A DNA stretch of 63,032 nt, the filler included, from Nemertoderma westbladi (lineage: Eukaryota > Animalia > Xenacoelomorpha), in assembly GCA_032718475.1 (NCBI GenBank). It is 4 parts of 4 records of this genome, joined end to end, with 100 filler letters (N's around TTAATTAATTAA, not from the genome) between each part and the next. Parts side by side here need not be neighbours in the genome. Positions count along the whole stretch, not along the records: positions 59,934 to 63,032 come from JAUCBJ010003752.1; 3 more parts are not named here. The stretch is one strand, 5' to 3'. Below, in pieces: positions 59,934 through 63,032 of the stretch; the first letter of the stretch is position 1, and the number at the start of each line of letters is the position of its first letter. The translations under genes and the position numbers were made by a program. The notes under the pieces were generated by a model. It was not told the DNA's origin, ran no database searches, and was given only the letters and a program-made list of their open reading frames with translations.

Positions 59934-61800
59934 TCCATTACTCACTCCCCCGGTTACAGGGGAGTGGACAAGAATATGAATCTACATATCTCTAAGTGTT
60001 TAGAAATTCTTCCTAAGCCTCCAATCTCGATTAGTAGCCCTTTTGAAGTCCTTGAAGTCCTGCAGAACAACAACATTGCTGATTCCTGCACACTGGTTTC
60101 TCTGGATATTACTGCCATGTTTCCGAGTATACCTGTAGAGGAGGCATTACCTGTTATCCAGGAGCGTCTCGTGATTCATAGCGATGAACTAGCTAGAAAT
60201 TGTTGATTTTCTAAGTATGTCTACCTACAACACACATATTGTTGTTACAGTAGGGGGTGAAGAACGTTGGTATCGTCAACTACGTGGTTTTGCGATGGGT
60301 AAAAATTATTCACCTCCAGTTTCAGATCAATATATGGGTTACTGGGAGGATGGGATTGAACTTCTCGCCTTGGAGGTTGGGGGAAAAATTGGTTTCATCG
60401 TACGCTATGCAGATGATTACCTCGCTGCTTTTATTGGTTTCCCGAGATTGTTTGGACCTATGGGTTGAAAGTCTCAACCGTAAGCACCCAAACATTCAAG
60501 TTACAATTGAACTGGAAGTGAATTAGGAAAATTTATTTTCTTGACATCACAATTGAGTGTTACAGTGGCCAATTTGTGACCTCAGTTTTTAGGAAGGCTT
60601 ATAATACTAACCAAGTTGTCCCTTTCCACTCTTTTTGTGAATTTACATATAAAGTCTCTGCCATTAGGTCGGATGTGTTATGTGCAATTCGTTACAGTAG
60701 TACTCGCGCTCTACTAAATGACGAAATTAAATTTATTATAAATAAATTCCATGCCTATGGCTACCCTACTAATTTACTATTAGAGACCTACAATCAAGTA
60801 CGCAAGAATGAATTTCTTAAAGCTAGAGCCTTACCTGCGCCCCCTACTGTTGATCCCAGTCATAAATACTACGTATCTATCCCATTTATCGGACATGTTT
60901 TTACTGCCTTAAGCGTGAGGCTGCTAAGATACACATAACCTTAGTGTCTAAATCATTTAACACTATTGGTCAATGTCTATGTAGTCAGACTAAGCATAAA
61001 CTCCCTCCAGACCAGGTCTCTGGAGTAGTATATTCGATTGTCTGTAGCTGTGGGGGACGATATATTGGTGAAACGGACCAAGAACTGAGGGACAGGGTAA
61101 ATCAGCATAATAGAGGGTGGGTACATAGTTCTCGAAATTTGGCATTTGGTAGCCATGGCAACTGTATACCCAGTTTCAACGACGTGGAAACATTAGCTTT
61201 TCAGTCTAACCTGAGGTTGAGGCTACTTTTGGAGTCAGCCTTTATCCGGACTTATGGTCGCAGGGAAACTATTATACGCTCTCCCAATGATGACTCAATC
61301 AATAGGAACTCCGGTAGTCTACTGAATGAATGTTGGCTTCTTGCTATTGCCAACTCAATTCCCAATTAAGGGCCCCCCTTTTTTGTTTTTGATTTAGTCT
61401 TGGAATATAATTTTTACTTCTTTTATATTTCGTAAATTTTTTAAACTAAAATTTAAACCCTGTTTAACCCCAATTTTGTCGTACAGTATATTATTACTTA
61501 TACAGTATTACTGTATAATGTAAAATACTGTATATTTGATATATCCAATTGTCTAATTTTTGTTGTATACTGTACATTACTGTGCGAATATCGATATATA
61601 TTTTTGTCAAATTGCTTATACAGTATATTGCTGTAGAATGTAAAGTAAATTCGATATGTCGTGTCGTCCACTATATGTACCGGTAGTATACGTACAACAT
61701 TAATCAGTACTGCATAGATAAAGATAAACATTGTTTATTGAAACGTCTGCAATACACTATAACACCTTTTGTGGCTGAAAGTCCTTACACCATTGTTTTT
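59934..61800 (+). mobile_element. Decayed Penelope-like element (RT + GIY-YIG endonuclease; coding ends 61369)
   Basis: VSLDITAMFPSIP, QLRGFAMG..SP, RYADD, VFRK and GVVYSIVCSCGGRYIGET..R..QH, with stops and frameshifts. A degenerate hammerhead lies in the 3' region. The 3' boundary is approximate. Confidence 0.88.
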
Positions 61801-62512
61801 TCTATGTGTAATTTACCGAGGTTATATTGATCTCTGTTCTAATAATATTATATATCTGGTTGCAATAAGTTTTAGTTTCTTATAATAAAATTATAAGCTA
61901 ATATTTGAGATCACTGAAGATAAAATTAATCGCATCTAGAAATTATAGTATCCAAAATCATAATACAAATATTATAAATTAAATGATAAATTAACGAACT
62001 TTGTCCTAAATTACATTAGAATGTTGTTTGTGGCAGCTGTTTACAGCGATAAGCTGATAGTCAAGATCTAGATAATGGAACTTATTTTGAAAGGGTGTTG
62101 TGCACTTTTTCAAAGGGTGTAATGAATCCGCTAGTAGTAGGGGGTATTATTTCCTAAATACTAAATCTCTTTTATAAAATATTATATAACAAGTAAGTGA
62201 TAAATAACAAGTGAAAAATAATTTCTAAAATATTTAAAAATATCAAAAATTTACTTAAACCTAATATTCCCTATTTCACCTATGAGCCTCAAACGGCAAA
62301 ACTTAAAATGTGTGAAAAAATAGGCCACACTTATATTTAATGTAAACGGTTACTACCCTATTCTTTGAATACTTTTATATCAAAATTTATTTTAGAAATG
62401 TTCCAAAATGTTCCATGGCATTGAGTATTTTTTTGTAATGTATTATTTTTTTTTTAATTACTAATAAGTTGATAATTACTAATAATACTAATAAGGCTGT
62501 AGAAATTTCGCA

Positions 62513-62675
62513 CTGTTGAGTCCCTCGGCAAGACACTTTAGACATTAGTGCCTACGTCAACCCAGCGGTATAATGGGAACCTGGCTTTGCTGGGGTAATG
62601 ATAATAAAAGCGCTTTGAGTATGCCGAGCGTAGAAAAGCGCTATATAAATAACCAATATTATTATTATTATTATT
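62513..62675 (+). mobile_element. 5'-truncated SINE with an L2-type 3' tail
   Basis: GTCCCTCGGCAAGACACTT..ACCCAGC..AATGGGAACC central block, then AAAGCGCTTTGAG..AAAAGCGCTATATAAAT and (ATT)n. Confidence 0.7.
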
Positions 62676-63032
62676 AAGTTAAAAATCGTGGTCCCAGGGG
62701 GATATCTAAGTCTTAAGCAAATCTATATAGTTACTGCAATACTAAAAATCATAATAACTAATTTGTTCGGAACGTTACGTTATATTTTTCTTTTACGTTA
62801 TATTTTCCTATATACATCATCAGCCGAGTAATACAGTAAAGTAATAAGACGATATATCTACAATTTGTAAATGTAATAAGCACTAGGGATACTGTAATGT
62901 AAATGATTTGAAATAAGAGTAATAATTTAGTAATCTTTTTTCTTACTTTATCTTTGTCTCCCAGTATAATACAAACCAAATATAATTCGAGTAAATTTAG
63001 TAATATATCTTCTTATCTTTATCTTTGTCTTT

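Overview
AT-rich, repeat-dense animal (probably invertebrate) nuclear DNA. It consists of four contigs joined by artificial N-TTAATTAATTAA-N linkers (20795-20894, 50320-50419, 59834-59933), so adjacency across them is not evidence. The only clear host gene is the 3' part of a spliced four-EF-hand calmodulin-like gene (exons 8-128 and 4180-4539); the rest is mostly nested mobile DNA and simple repeats. Contig 1 holds an IS3EU-type DNA transposon (63-bp TIRs, 6-bp TSD) carrying a HECT E3-ligase-like gene. A TSD-flanked APE-RT LINE is inserted in it, with ORF1 and ORF2 in frame across a single TGA and a Pro/Thr repeat at the start of ORF2. A 2.36-kb pure (GCCCAT)n tract and a 48-bp minisatellite follow. 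Contig 2 is almost entirely one 27.3-kb BEL/Pao LTR retrotransposon (20974-48249, minus strand, TSD TACAG). It has multi-kilobase LTRs ending TA..TA and an extra zinc-knuckle ORF after pol. It lacks a tRNA PBS; that position is instead a 12-nt perfect complement of a sequence inside its own LTR, which suggests Tf1-like self-priming and is the most interesting signal here. A CRE-like RLE LINE follows. Contigs 3-4 contain a decayed piggyBac with nested MITEs and a 521-bp palindrome, a second piggyBac fragment, a decayed Penelope and a SINE remnant. All family assignments come from motif recognition by eye, without database searches.
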